From contig BLSG01000240.1 in assembly GCA_012862495.1 (NCBI GenBank), forward strand, positions 35,537-95,885: a DNA stretch of 60,349 nt, in the 5' to 3' direction. A model generated the notes under the pieces. That model was not told the origin of the DNA and did not search any database. It saw only the letters and a list, made by a program, of their open reading frames with translations. Below, one piece after another: positions 1 to 12,202 of this stretch. A program made the position numbers and the translations under genes. Position 1 is the stretch's first letter; every line of letters begins with the position of its first letter. This stretch comes from Thraustochytrium aureum (taxonomy: Eukaryota).

Positions 1-860
1 GCAGTGGACATCTCGCTTCCAGAAGGGCACCGATTCTGTGCGGACGCGGCGGCATCGTGGTCGACGTCGTCGGCGACTTTTCGGGCGGCGGCGCAGAGCC
101 AGAGTTCAAATCAAAAGCGAACTTTGTGGTCGTGCGGCACCCGGACGGCACCTATGGCAGGTACTTTCACTTGCAGACGCAAAGCCCGACGGTTCGGCGC
201 GGCGAATCGGTCAAAACAGGCCAAATGATCGCGCGGTGCGGGAGCACCGGGTTCAGCGAGGGGCCGCACCTCCACTTTGACGTGGTCGACTGTTACGCAA
301 AGGAGACGAGTCAGCTGGTTGTTGAGGACATGAGCGGACGCGAGCCGCCGATCCAGGTTCCCAGCAGCTTCGCCACGTTTTCGGCATACCGCTCGCTTGT
401 CGAGGAGCCTATTCGTGGCAAGCTAGTCACAGCCCGGCAGGAGTGCCTTCCACTAGGCTGTGAGACTGAAATCGACGCTGCAGGAGCCATCTTGCTCTGC
501 AAGCGGGGCGGGGAGACGTCGTTCATCGGTAAAGCCCAGATAGCGCAACGCGCGGGGGCGATAGGGCTCATTATTGCCGACACAGACCAGGAGATGAATG
601 GGGTCCTGCCCCTCGTTGGAGGCAGCCTCGCAAACTCTCCATACCCCAAAGAGGCGGTCAAGATCCCAGTGGTTATCATTTCGTACGAGTCGGGCCTCCT
701 TCTAGAGAGCGCTCTAGCAAGGGCGGCTGCCTCGATGTCGGTTGAGCTCGGCATCAACGCGCACTTCCGATTCAAGCTCCAACAGGGTTTGAACGAATTC
801 GCCTTTTGCAAACCAATCTCGCAGCCATTGCTCTTCGAGGAAGGCGTCTTTGAGCTCTGA
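1..860 (+). CDS. Peptidase M23 family protein fused to a C-terminal PA (protease-associated) domain; 5'-partial, 1-nt frameshift at ~25-27
   Basis: Frame 1 gives AVDISLPEG. Frame 3 continues PILCGRGGIVVDV...ANFVVVRHPDGTYGRYFHL...VKTGQMIARCGSTGFSEGPHLHF (M23 HxH motif), then ILLCKRGGETSFIGKAQIAQRAGAIGLII...KIPVVIISYESG (PA domain). Stop at 858-860. Confidence 0.85.
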   Translation, partial: SGHLASRRAPILCGRGGIVVDVVGDFSGGGAEPEFKSKANFVVVRHPDGTYGRYFHLQTQSPTVRRGESVKTGQMIARCGSTGFSEGPHLHFDVVDCYAKETSQLVVEDMSGREPPIQVPSSFATFSAYRSLVEEPIRGKLVTARQECLPLGCETEIDAAGAILLCKRGGETSFIGKAQIAQRAGAIGLIIADTDQEMNGVLPLVGGSLANSPYPKEAVKIPVVIISYESGLLLESALARAAASMSVELGINAHFRFKLQQGLNEFAFCKPISQPLLFEEGVFEL

Positions 861-2267
861 GCTGGGCCGCTGAGTCGGTGCTTGGGCTTGTGTGACGCGG
901 TCGCGAGCTCTGGGGAATCTGAGCCTTTCGCCTTGACCGCTGCGTGTGTTTTGAATCAGTAGCAGGGCGCATGCACTGCAAATCAGGTCTTGTCTGCTGA
1001 CTGCGAGACGGATTGACTAGTAGAAAGGAAGAGGAAGAGGAAGAAGAAGAAGAAACAAGTCGACCCCGACGCGGTGCGTGTCTCGCGTTCCTCCTTCCTG
1101 CCGCGGGCTGGCTCGCGGAACGGCAGTCCATTGGCGCCGCAAGCCAGCGACATCTCCGCAGCGAGAAAACCCCGTCCGGCACATGCGGCTGCGAGCGCTG
1201 CGTCACGGGTGCAAGCAAGGACGACGAGGAGTCGGGCAACACGCGTTGTTTGGCAACAGCAACCACGATCGAGACCGCCTCACGCGCGCTCGCGCATGCA
1301 TTCTTTAGCTGACCGCGAATTCTAANNNNNNNNNNNNNNNNNNNNNNNNNNNNNNNNNNNNNNNNNNNNNNNNNNNNNNNNNNNNNNNNNNNNNNNNNNN
1401 NNNNNNNNNNNNNNNNNNNNNNNNNNNNNNNNNNNNNNNNNNNNNNNNNNNNNNNNNNNNNNNNNNNNNNNNNNNNNNNNNNNNNNNNNNNNNNNNNNNN
1501 NNNNNNNNNNNNNNNNNNNNNNNNNNNNNNNNNNNNNNNNNNNNNNNNNNNNNNNNNNNNNNNNNNNNNNNNNNNNNNNNNNNNNNNNNNNNNNNNNNNN
1601 NNNNNNNNNNNNNNNNNNNNNNNNNNNNNNNNNNNNNNNNNNNNNNNNNNNNNNNNNNNNNNNNNNNNNNNNNNNNNNNNNNNNNNNNNNNNNNNNNNNN
1701 NNNNNNNNNNNNNNNNNNNNNNNNNNNNNNNNNNNNNNNNNNNNNNNNNNNNNNNNNNNNNNNNNNNNNNNNNNNNNNNNNNNNNNNNNNNNNNNNNNNN
1801 NNNNNNNNNNNNNNNNNNNNNNNNNNNNNNNNNNNNNNNNNNNNNNNNNNNNNNNNNNNNNNNNNNNNNNNNNNNNNNNNNNNNNNNNNNNNNNNNNNNN
1901 NNNNNNNNNNNNNNNNNNNNNNNNNNNNNNNNNNNNNNNNNNNNNNNNNNNNNNNNNNNNNNNNNNNNNNNNNNNNNNNNNNNNNNNNNNNNNNNNNNNN
2001 NNNNNNNNNNNNNNNNNNNNNNNNNNNNNNNNNNNNNNNNNNNNNNNNNNNNNNNNNNNNNNNNNNNNNNNNNNNNNNNNNNNNNNNNNNNNNNNNNNNN
2101 NNNNNNNNNNNNNNNNNNNNNNNNNNNNNNNNNNNNNNNNNNNNNNNNNNNNNNNNNNNNNNNNNNNNNNNNNNNNNNNNNNNNNNNNNNNNNNNNNNNN
2201 NNNNNNNNNNNNNNNNNNNNNNNNNNNNNNNNNNNNNNNNNNNNNNNNNNNNNNNNNNNNNNNNNNN

Positions 2268-4493
2268 AGGTCGCACGGTGTCGTCGAGGTGCAGGCGCGC
2301 GAGCGCCTCTGCCAGCCGGATAAGCGCCTCCAGTTGTCGCACCGTGATCCGATATGCAGTCTGGTTGGGGCCCGTCGAGTCGCCCTGGCGGAGCTTGCGG
2401 TAGCAGTCGACAAGCCTGGGCTGGACGTCCGGCGGAATGATCGGGTCGATCGTCCTCGCAAAACGGATGTAGTTTTGCAGCTGCGCTCGCGAAAACCGGT
2501 GCACGGCATTCTGCTCCGCTTGCGAGTCGGCTCCGGGCCCAGCAGTCGCACTCTGCTCGCGCTGCCGAGCCTCGCTCAAGTCTGCGCCGCCCACCTGGAC
2601 CGCCTCCGCCTCGTCAAACTCCTCTGGGTCTCGGTTTTGCACCAACATGGCGATGCGGTTGCGGTGCACGCGGATGATGTGCTCTGCGATGATCTTGTCC
2701 TGGCTCTCTTCGCACTCGTCGAGGACGACAAAAAACATGTCGAAACGGCTCATGATTGCCGGCGAAAGCTGCACGTTGTGGCGCAGAGTCTTGGAGCGGT
2801 CGTACCGACCGTGCACCGGGTTGGCTGCCGCGAGGATGGAGGTGCGCGCATTGAGCGTGGCCTGGATGCCAGCCTTGGTGATTGAGATCGTCTGCTGCTC
2901 CATGGCCTCGTGGATTGCGACCTGGTCCACGTCGTCCATTTTGTCAAACTCGTCGATGCAGCAGATCCCGTTATCAGCGAGCATCAGGGCGCCCGCCTCG
3001 ATGCAAAACTCGCCCGTCTCCGGGTCTTTGACCACGCTCGCGGTCAAGCCCGCCGCCGAGGAGGCCTTGCCCGAGGTGTAGATTGCGCGGGGGAGGAACG
3101 AGCAGACGTACTTGAGGAACTGGGACTTGGCCGTGGAAGGGTCGCCCACGATGCAGACGTTGATGTCCCCGCGCAGCTTGATCCCGTCAGGCGTGCGCTT
3201 GTGCACACCGCCAAACAGCATGAGCAAGACGCCGAGCTTGATGTCCTCGTGCCCGTGCACAGAGGGCGCAATCGAGCGACGCATTTTCATGAGTAGGTTG
3301 GGCTGGCTCGCCATGAGGCGGAGTTCTTCGGTGTCCTCCGGCGAGTACTGCTCGCGAATCGACTCCGGCGTCTCCTCCTCGAGAGACTCGGAGGCGTTGT
3401 TGCGTTGCTGCTGCTGAAGCATGCGCAGCCGGTGCTGCCGCTTGGAGAGGTTGCGGCGACTGACCACCTGCATCCCTCCAAACCTGGCGCTTGCCGACTG
3501 GATCGAGCAGGCCAAAAAGGCGAGTTTGTACGACATCTCACGGACCCCGAGCGCCTTGATCCCGGTCACGCCGTGGCCGTTCTCTTCCTTGGTCCGCCGC
3601 CCGCGCGGCGCGGCAAGCATGCCCGGCCCGTCGCCAGGCGACTTCAACTTGGCCACGTCAGGAATGGCCACGAGCGTGCCAATAAATATGCACTTGTCGC
3701 CCGGCTTGGCGCGCTCGACCGCCTCGTGGCGCACCACGATGTCCACGGTGCGAGGCATGCTGCCCGCGGGCACTTCGTTCGAGTTTTCCTGCACTTTGAG
3801 CTTTTGCCAGTCCACGAACTTGCCCTCCTGGTGGAGATGCAGGAACATGGTGACATTTTTGCACTCTGTGTTCGTGCAGCACATAGGCTCCGTAAACTTG
3901 AACTGCTGCTCGACGTCCTCGATGATGCGTCCGCACTTGAGGCACTCGAATTTGCCGAACAGCAGCTCGGGGCGCACTTCGGAGGATCTCGTGACGGTGC
4001 CGGAGATCGCGAGGAGGCGCCCGATCTTGTCCGTGCGGAGCTCGCGGATCTTCTCCACGTGAGGCAGCTCGAAGAAGCTTACGAAAAACTCGCGGTCTGA
4101 GGCGCCATGCTCGCCCTGTACATAGTCGGGGAACTGGGACCTCACGAAGCTTTGCACAGACTTGTTCAGGTACGGCATGTACCGATAGTAGTCGCCCAGG
4201 ATGGCCTCCGCAAGGACGCCGTCGGCCCGCAGCACGTGCCCAAAGTCTACGTGGAGCGTCGTGTTCTCGCACTCCGTCATGTACTTGACCTGTTCGCCGT
4301 AAGGGAGGATGTCGTCCGAGTCGTCGTCCGAGTCGTCCAGCTCGTCGCGGTCGGCCTCGTCCTCGTTCGCGATGATGTCGCGCAGGGAAAACTCCTGAAG
4401 AAACCTCAGAAACCGCATCTGAACGTGGAGCGCCGCCTCGTCTTGCTCTACTTGCTCGCCGGTCGGCAGCCCGTGCACGTTGTTGGCATTCAT
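2268..4493 (-). CDS. MCM6: DNA replication licensing factor MCM6; 3' end lies in the N-gap 1326-2267, start may extend into gap 4526-4761
   Basis: Zn finger CLKC...CTNTEC, Walker A GDPSTAKSQ, GKASSAAGLTA, IEAGALMLADNGICCIDEFDKM (Walker B), SRFD arginine finger, ITVRQLEALIRLAEALARL. The GDPSTAKS / LRGDINVCIVGD context is typical of MCM6. Confidence 0.95.
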
Positions 4494-5276
4494 CGCGCCT
4501 TCCTGCGCGCCCTGCACGCCGCCACNNNNNNNNNNNNNNNNNNNNNNNNNNNNNNNNNNNNNNNNNNNNNNNNNNNNNNNNNNNNNNNNNNNNNNNNNNN
4601 NNNNNNNNNNNNNNNNNNNNNNNNNNNNNNNNNNNNNNNNNNNNNNNNNNNNNNNNNNNNNNNNNNNNNNNNNNNNNNNNNNNNNNNNNNNNNNNNNNNN
4701 NNNNNNNNNNNNNNNNNNNNNNNNNNNNNNNNNNNNNNNNNNNNNNNNNNNNNNNNNNNNNNTCGTTCGGTCGTTCACCGCGAGGACCTCGAACGAGCAC
4801 GCCGCGCCAGCGCGGCCGACAGAAGCAACAGCAGCAGCAGCAGCAGCCCCCAAGCCCTCCAGCCGCTCCCCAGGACGCAGCCAGCCAGCCGCGCTCTCTC
4901 GAGCACCGCCGCAGGTCCGTCCCGCTCGTTGGGGGTCTGCTGCTGCTGCTGCTCTGCCCCGCGCTCACCCCATTCAAATTCAAACCCAGTCCTCGTCACT
5001 ATGGTCCCTGCGTGACGCGCCGTGCGCTGTCAGGCGTGGCGAGCGCGTGATTTGCGCGGCCTCGGTGACGAGGGGCTGGTTCGACGAGGCGTGAGGAACG
5101 GTCGGGGGGGCGCGTCACGGAGAGGGCAGCGTGAGTGACTTCGATATTGCTTCGCAGAGATCGTGTTCTCGCGTGGAGCGCGCGAGGAGGCAGGCGCCGA
5201 GGCAGTCGGGGCTGGGACGGAGCGCGCTCCAGGTCGCTGCTGCTGCTGCGGTGCGCTCGGTGGGCTTGCTGCCGCG

Positions 5277-6307
5277 ATGGAGGTGCTTGACCCAGTGGTG
5301 CGCATCCTGCGCGAGTGCGACGTGCCGATTGAAACGCACGACGAGCGAAGGTCGCTGACCGCCCTCCACCGCGCCGTCGCGCTGGGACAGGTGGAGGCGT
5401 TTGGGGCGTTCAGGGGCGACGTCAACGTTCAGGACGCGCTCGGACAGACCCCGCTGCACTACGCTGTGCTCACGGATAACCTCGACGCGGCGCGCGACTT
5501 GGTCGAGCTGAGCGCCGACCCCAACGTCGCGGACACTCAGCAAAACAAGTACACGCCGCTTCACTTGGCCGCCAAGCGCGGCAGCATGGAAATGACCAAG
5601 CTCTTCCTGGGCGTTCCCGGGAGTGCAGGTAGACGCGCTGTCTGCGCGGCACGGCACCGCGCTGCACCTCGCGACTCGCGCGCAGGCTTTCGACGTAGGT
5701 GCGGCTGCTCGTCGAGCTGGCCGGCGCCGACGTCAACGCCGCGGACGCCAAAGGGCAGCGCGCTCTCCATATAGTTGCGCTTGAAACTGTCGCAGCCGGG
5801 AAGCCGGAGCTCTGCCAGAAGGCGGTGCGCGCGCTGGCGGATGGCGGCGGCCTGCAGGTCAACAGCGCCGACGAACGCGGGCGCACGCCGCTCCACTGCG
5901 CCGCATTGACGGGAAACAAGGCCGTCTTGGACTCGCTCATCGAGCTCAAGGCTGACGTGAACGCCAAGGACAGCATGGACCGAACGCCGCTGCACTATGC
6001 GGTGTGTGGAATCTGTGTTGGCGCCGATTCCGGGCTTGGATCTACAATCCGGCCTTTGGTGCAAGCCGGCGCGAACATTCACGCTCAAGACAAGAAGGGC
6101 CTGCGCGCATACGATGCGCTGGACATCATCCGCAAATCTCGGATCTGGCGCAAGGGCGAGGAGACGGCGCTCAGCGTCGGCCTCATGTCGCTGCAGCGCG
6201 CCGAGGAGGACGAGGCCAAGACACGCGAGGCCGAGGCGCTGGCGAAGGAGCTCATCGCAGAGGAGGCGCGCCAGGCAGGCTCCAAGCGGGGAGGGGGGCG
6301 CAAGTAG
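5277..6307 (+). CDS. Ankyrin-repeat protein (about 6-7 repeats) with two apparent +1 insertions (~5620, ~5698); C-terminus uncertain
   Basis: TALHRAV, GQTPLHYAV, YTPLHLAAKRG in frame 3; HGTALHLATRAQAFDV in frame 1; VRLLVELAGADVNAAD, GRTPLHCAA, DRTPLHYAV in frame 2. Confidence 0.85.
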
Positions 6308-6552
6308 AGGCGGGGAAAGCGAGCGCGAGGGAGAGCGACCGAAAGTTGGAGCGACCGAAGAAAGCCAGCGCAGGAAGAGCGACCGAAAGTTGGGGTGGCC
6401 GAAGAAATTTAATTTTGTAGTGGAAACCGACCGTGGAGCAGGGCGTGCGCTCGAGTTCTAGTCACCGCTGGCGCCGCTTCTGCACCCGCTGGCGCCGCAG
6501 CCCCCCAGAGTCGGCATCAAGCCGCTCAGGACGCGCCGAGCGACCTGCAGCC

Positions 6553-8942
6553 CTAGTTGGCAGCCGGCGCCGCCTCTGCCTCGCCCTCCGGAATGGGCTC
6601 GTGCTGCGCACGCGTATCGCGCATCTCGTTGAAGAGCTCCACGATCTCGTCCGTGGTGCGGAGGCCGACGCGGTGCCCTGCGCGCGTACGAATGTCCGCG
6701 CCGTTGTGCTCCCGCTCCTTGGCGCCAACAATAAGCATAAAGTTGTACTGGGCCTCCTGCGCGAGCAGAATCTGCTTCTTCATCGTCTTGTTGGAGAGGT
6801 CAACGTCGCAAAAGTAGCCCGCGTTGTGGATCCTGTCACGCACCTCGAGGGCGTGCTCGTGGTGGTCCGGGTGCACGCAAATCACGATGCACTGCCGCGG
6901 CGAGAGCCAGAACGGCCACTTGCCGCTGTAGTGCTCCGTGAGGACTGCGATCATGCGCTCGAGCGAGCCGAGCATGGCGCGGTGGATCATGACGGGGCGC
7001 TCTGGCCCGTTCGGGCCGTCAAACTCGAGCCCGAAGCGGATCGGGTTTTGAAAGTCGAGCTGCACCGTGGCGCACTGGTGCACGCGGCGCATCGAGTCGA
7101 AGACCTTGATGTCGATCTTGGGGCCGTAGAAGGCGCCGTCTCCGGGGTTGTCGCGCCAGTTGCCGGGGCCGGCGAACTCGTTGAGCACCTTGGCGAGCGT
7201 CTCCTCTGCCTGGTTCCAGAGGGCGAGGCCCTCCTCGTCTGGCGAGCCGTCCTCTTTGCGCACGCCGCAGGCCTTGGCGGGCCGCGTGCTGCGCTCGAGC
7301 TTGAACGACATGCCAAAGGCAGCGTAGACAAACTTGACAAAGTCGAGCGCCGCCATCAGCTCCGAGTGCAGGTCGTCCATGCTGCAAAAGATGTGGCGTC
7401 GTCTTGCGCGAACCGCCGCACGCGCGTGAGGCCGGTCAGCGCGCCGCTGGCCTCGGCGCGGTGCAGGACGCCAAAGTCGGCATAGCGGACCGGCAGCTCG
7501 CGGTACGACTTCTTCGAGTGGTTGAACATGAGGCAGTGGCCCGGGCAGTTCATCGGCTTGAGGCCGTACACTTGCTTGTCCGAGTCGGTGAAGGTGAACA
7601 TGTCGTCCTTGTAGTGCTCCCAGTGCCCGCTCTGCATCCACAAACGCGCGTTGAAGATGTTGGGCGTCACCACCTCGCTGTACCCGCGGTGAAAGTACTG
7701 CTCGCGGATGAACTTGAGCAGCGTCGCGTACAGGCGCGCCCCGTGGGGGAGGAAGAAGGCCGACCCCGGGCTGAACGGGTGGAAGAAGAAGAGCTTTTGC
7801 TGCTCGCCCTTCTTGCGGTGGTCGTTCTCGGCGGCGCGAGCGAGAAACTCTTTGTGCTCCTTGAGCATCTTTTTGTCTGGGAACGAGATCCCGTACACGC
7901 GCTGGAGGGGGTCGTTGGCCACGTTGCCAAGCCAGTACGCCGTCGAGGCCTTGGTGACCTCGAAGCACTTGACCTTGCCGGTGTTGGGGATGTGCGGGCC
8001 CATGCACAGGTCGATCAGGGGGCCGCAGCGGTATGCGGTCGTCATCGTGCCGTCGGCGATCTTGTTGCGGATGATCGAGAGCTTGTACGGGTTGTCCGCG
8101 AACAGCTGCAGGGCCTCGTCCTTGGTGAGCACGATGCGCTCGAAGGCTTGCTTCTCCTTGATGACCGTCTTGGCCTTGGCTTCCAGCGCCTTGGTGGTCT
8201 CTTCCGAGATGCCGCCTTCCTGGCCGACGTACGTGTCGTAGTAAAAGCCGGGGTCCACCGGGGGGCCCACCGTGAGGTGCGAGCCCAGCTGGCACTCGAT
8301 GCACTCGCCCAGGATGTGCGCGGAGGAGTGCCAGAACACCATCTTGGCGTCGCGGTCCTCGAACTTGAGCAGCTCCAGCTTGCAGTCGCCCTCGAGCGGC
8401 CGCACGAGGTCCCAGAGCTCGCCCTTGTCGATCACCTCGCCGGAGCCTTGGTCGTCCACCTCGAACCCGCTGCTGTCCACGATCTTGACCGCGCTGCCCA
8501 GCCGCCGCGAGTAGAACACGCGGGCCACAACGATCGTGTTGGCGAGCCCGGCGCTGATCCCGCTCGCGATGTCCATCGGCGACGTCTCGAACGAGGTGCC
8601 CTCCACGACGGCCCCGTCCGGGAGCGTGACTTTGATCGCTTCACGCGGCATGGCTTTGAGCTCTTCGTCGCGCCGCGCCTTGATCTCCTCGTACAGCGCC
8701 AGGCGCTTGGCAATAAACTCGGGGTTTTCCGTCTTCACGTACTCGCCGCCGAGGTGGCCCTCGTCCTCTCCGATCTCCTTGCCCTTGCTCTGCGTCATCC
8801 TCGCATTCTCCGTACGCTTCTTCGCCTCGGCGCCCTCTGCGCCCCCTGCGCCCTCTGCGGCGCCCTCCAGCTCGGCTTCCAGCTCGCGCACGCGCATCGT
8901 CAGCCGCTCCACCTCCAGCACGAGCTCCTCCTTGCTCGCCAT
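6553..8942 (-). CDS. TARS: Threonyl-tRNA synthetase, cytosolic type; 1-nt deletion at ~7395
   Basis: TGS domain (VTLPDG...TSPMDIA), editing motifs FWHSSAH and DLCMGPH, KPMNCPGH, GLTRVRRFAQDDA|HIFC (joined across the frameshift), GAFYGPKID, HQCATVQLDF, MIHRAMLGSLER, anticodon-binding domain. Confidence 0.97.
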
Positions 8943-9555
8943 CGCGGCCCGGTCTTTCGGCCCCAGCCAGCGCCGCACTGCCCGCCTGCCCCAGCCAGCA
9001 CCTCTCTTCCCGCCGGCCGCGCCTGCCCCTCCTGCTCGCACGCCCGCGCACTGCCCCGATCCAGGCTCTGCCGCTCCGCCTCCTGCTCCTGCTGCTGCTC
9101 CGCTGCNNNNNNNNNNNNNNNNNNNNNNNNNNNNNNNNNNNNNNNNNNNNNNNNNNNNNNNNNNNNNNNNNNNNNNNNNNNNNNNNNNNNNNNNNNNNNN
9201 NNNNNNNNNNNNNNNNNNNNNNNNNNNNNNNNNNNNNNNNNNNNNNNNNNNNNNNNNNNNNNNNNNNNNNNNNNNNNNNNNNNNNNNNNNNNNNNNNNNN
9301 NNNNNNNNNNNNNNNNNNNNNNNNNNNNNNNNNNNNNNNNNNNNNNNNNNNNNNNNNNNNNNNNNNNNNNNNNNNNNNNNNNNNNNNNNNNNNNNGTGGT
9401 TGGTCCAGGGGAGATTGAAGTTGTTGGGCCAAGGGCGCACGGGTGCAACAGGTTTCGAGGCAGGCAGGCTGACTGGCTGGCTGGCTGGTGGTCGCTGAAG
9501 CTGCGTGGAGCGCCTGCCGTGGACTGGACGGGGGCTGGCTGTCGCGGGAGCGGGG

Positions 9556-12104
9556 ATGGACGCTCAGCCACCTGCTGCGCCCGGGTCGGCGGACGACGGC
9601 GCGTACGAAGACGACGCGCGACTCAAGTTGCTGCCGCAGAGCGCGGGCCAGTTTGCGAGCAGAGAGTACTGGGATGAGTTCTTCGAACGGATCAAGGCGG
9701 GCGACGGCGCCGCGTTCGAGTGGTACGGGACTTGGGCGGACCTCGAGCGCGCGACGAAACGCGAGCTGCACGGTGCCGAGCCTGCCAAAGCCGACGTCCT
9801 CGTGGTCGGCTGCGGAAACTCCTCGATGAGCCAGGACATGTACAAGGACGGGTTCACCCGCATATCCAACGTCGACTTTAGCGAAGGCGTTATCGAGGAA
9901 ATGCGAACCAAGACCACCGACTGCCCTGGCATGGAGTGGCTCGTCATGGACATGCTCAACATGGACGCCGCGTGGGCCGAACGCTTCGATGTGGTCTTCG
10001 ACAAGGGCGCCCTCGACGCGCTCGTCGCAGACGCCAGCGAGCCCGTCCTGGCCAAGGGCCGCAGCATGCTTGCGGAGGTCACCCGCGTGCTAAAGCCAGG
10101 CGGCACCTACATGTGCGTCACCCTTGCGCAGGACCACATCCTCAAGCTCCTGCTCGAGAGCTTTGGTCGGCCGGCTTCAGAATTACGGCGCATCCCTTTG
10201 AGCCCAAGGCTGGCTCCCTGCTCTTGCCGTTTCTGTTCTGCATCGAAAAGGCCTCCCGCACACCGACCTGGCAAGTATACGTGGACGAGGACGTCTGCGA
10301 AGAGGCTACAGGGGACGTTGCTGCTTTCGCCGCAATCATTGAGGACAAGCGCCTGGTGTACCACATGCATCAAAAGATGAAGTCCAACGGCGGGCGAGGC
10401 CTGCGCGGCAAGTTTACGCTCTGGGGGCGCGATGGCGAGTCGACGGTGCCGCGATACTATGTCTCGGTCCTGGATACTGGCGTTCCCAGAGAAAAGGTCT
10501 CGTACCCATGCGCTGTTTTCCTCGTCCCGCAAGGACGCGAGCAGGAGTGGCTGTTCGCGAGCGAGGAGGGCCAGATCAGCATCGGACATGGCAACGAGAT
10601 CGGGCGACTGATCGTCGTCAGCCTCAGCAGGGAGCACACTTTCGAGTCCTTGGAGGATGTGCAGTGCGAGTTGTCGCCTTCCATGCTGCAGCTGATCCCA
10701 CCATATGTGGACCCTGAGCGCCTGCGCGGCACCATTCCGTACATGACGCTGACCCCCGACCTCGGCAAGCGCGACGAGCTCGCTCGCGTCACCTCGCCCC
10801 TGAGCGGCGAGCTCGTGGTGGAGGACATCGTGGTGGTCGAGGAGTTCGAGGCCGAGCCGAGAAGGCACCGCAAGCTCGTGTTCCTCAGCAACTCGGATGT
10901 CGTGCAGTCCGAGGCGAAGCTTCTGGAACCAAAAAAGCCCACGCGTACCGCTGCGAAGAAGGGGGGCGCTGGCAAGAAGGGCGGCCAAGAAGCGCAAGGG
11001 CGGCAGTGCGAAGGGCGCCCCCCCGGCGACCAAACTGGTGAGCCGTATGTGNNNNNNNNNNNNNNNNNNNNNNNNNNNNNNNNNNNNNNNNNNNNNNNNN
11101 NNNNNNNNNNNNNNNNNNNNNNNNNNNNNNNNNNNNNNNNNNNNNNNNNNNNNNNNNNNNNNNNNNNNNTGGTGCTTCCCGTCGACCAGCGCTTCCTTGC
11201 GTTCGAGTTCCACCAGGCCATGGTCGCTGCGCTCTTCTTGCTAGGCAAGCGCGCTGCGACGCCCAAGGAAGACTTGCTCGTCGTGGGCCTCGGCGGCGGG
11301 GCTCTCGCCGGGTACCTTGCCAATCAAGTTGGCTGGTTCACGGAGCAAGCTTTTGTCGAGGCCGTAGAGATGGACCAGGTCGTCGTCGACTTGGCAACAG
11401 CCTGGTTCGGCTTCAATGCCAAGTCGAGGAAGCCGGTTCGCGTCCACATCGACGAAGGCGCTGCGTTCCTGCGGCGCAGCCCGGTCGAGGCTGGGCAAGC
11501 GTATCGTGCCATATTCATCGATGTGGACGCCAAGGACTTGACCCAGCCTGTTCTCTTCCCGCCGCCCGACTTTTTGGAGGTCGCGCTTCTCGAGCACCTT
11601 CGCGACAACGCCCTTGCCGCGGACGGCACCAGCGCCTTGATCATCAACCTGGCCTGCAAGTCGCTCTCGAGTAAGACGGCTTTGCTGGCCCGTGTGCGCG
11701 CAATCTTCCCGTGCGTCTACTGCATGTCGATGCACGTCATCGGGGACAACAACGTCGTTATTGTCGCGCTCACCTCGGCTCCAAAAGACGGGAGCGAGAG
11801 CTGGCTGGCAGCCGCTCGTCGCAAGGCAATGAGGGCCGCAGGCATTGGCACCAGCGCGAATCAAGTTTCCAAGGCGGACTACCCTCACGATTTTGAGGGC
11901 ATGCTGCGATCGTGCAAAGAGGTGAACGGGCCGGTGCAATCGTTCCGCCGAGCTAATCGAGGGCAGGCTGCGCCGGTGGTGCGCTCTCCGTCGGCAGCCG
12001 GGCGCAACAGCCAAGCAATCGACCGGTTGCCGCTTGCCGCTCGCACGGAAACTCTGCTTGCTCTAGAAATCCAGCTCCGCAGCGGACGAAACGAAGAATC
12101 ATGA
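9556..12104 (+). CDS. METTL13: eEF1A lysine and N-terminal methyltransferase (METTL13-like, two SAM domains); frameshift at ~10164, possibly another at ~10985, internal N-gap; C-terminal end uncertain
   Basis: N-terminal LKLLP...FASREYWDEFF...FEWYG, VLVVGCGNS, FDVVFDKGALDAL; central CAVFLVPQGREQEWLFASEEG; C-terminal spermidine-synthase-like LLVVGLGGG, IFIDVDAKD...PP, LIINL. Confidence 0.9.
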
Positions 12105-12202
12105 TATTGGAATATTGGGTTGGGCAGGTCGCGCCTCGGCTTGCTTCTAATGGTGGGAAGTTGTTGATCGGACGGCAGGCCCGTGGCGGCCTTTCTGCTG
12201 CC

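Noticed and set aside
1305..2267. MCM6 ORF extension to 1305 and other X-filled ORFs
   Set aside because: Artefacts of translating across N runs; the true stop is unseen.
6333..6393. 17-bp direct repeat gagcgaccgaaagttgg after the ankyrin stop
   Set aside because: It lies in a purine-rich, low-quality-looking stretch that is probably the error-laden ankyrin C-terminus or 3' UTR; there is no evidence of a target-site duplication or element.
6553..8942. ThrRS (and other frameshifted genes) as pseudogenes
   Set aside because: All catalytic motifs are intact, there are no in-frame stops, codon bias is strong, and the same 1-nt homopolymer defects affect many genes.
7404..9677. Long antisense or overlapping ORFs opposite ThrRS, MCM6, SLC33A1 and others
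   Set aside because: Expected shadow ORFs from high GC3 codon bias; they carry no recognisable motifs.
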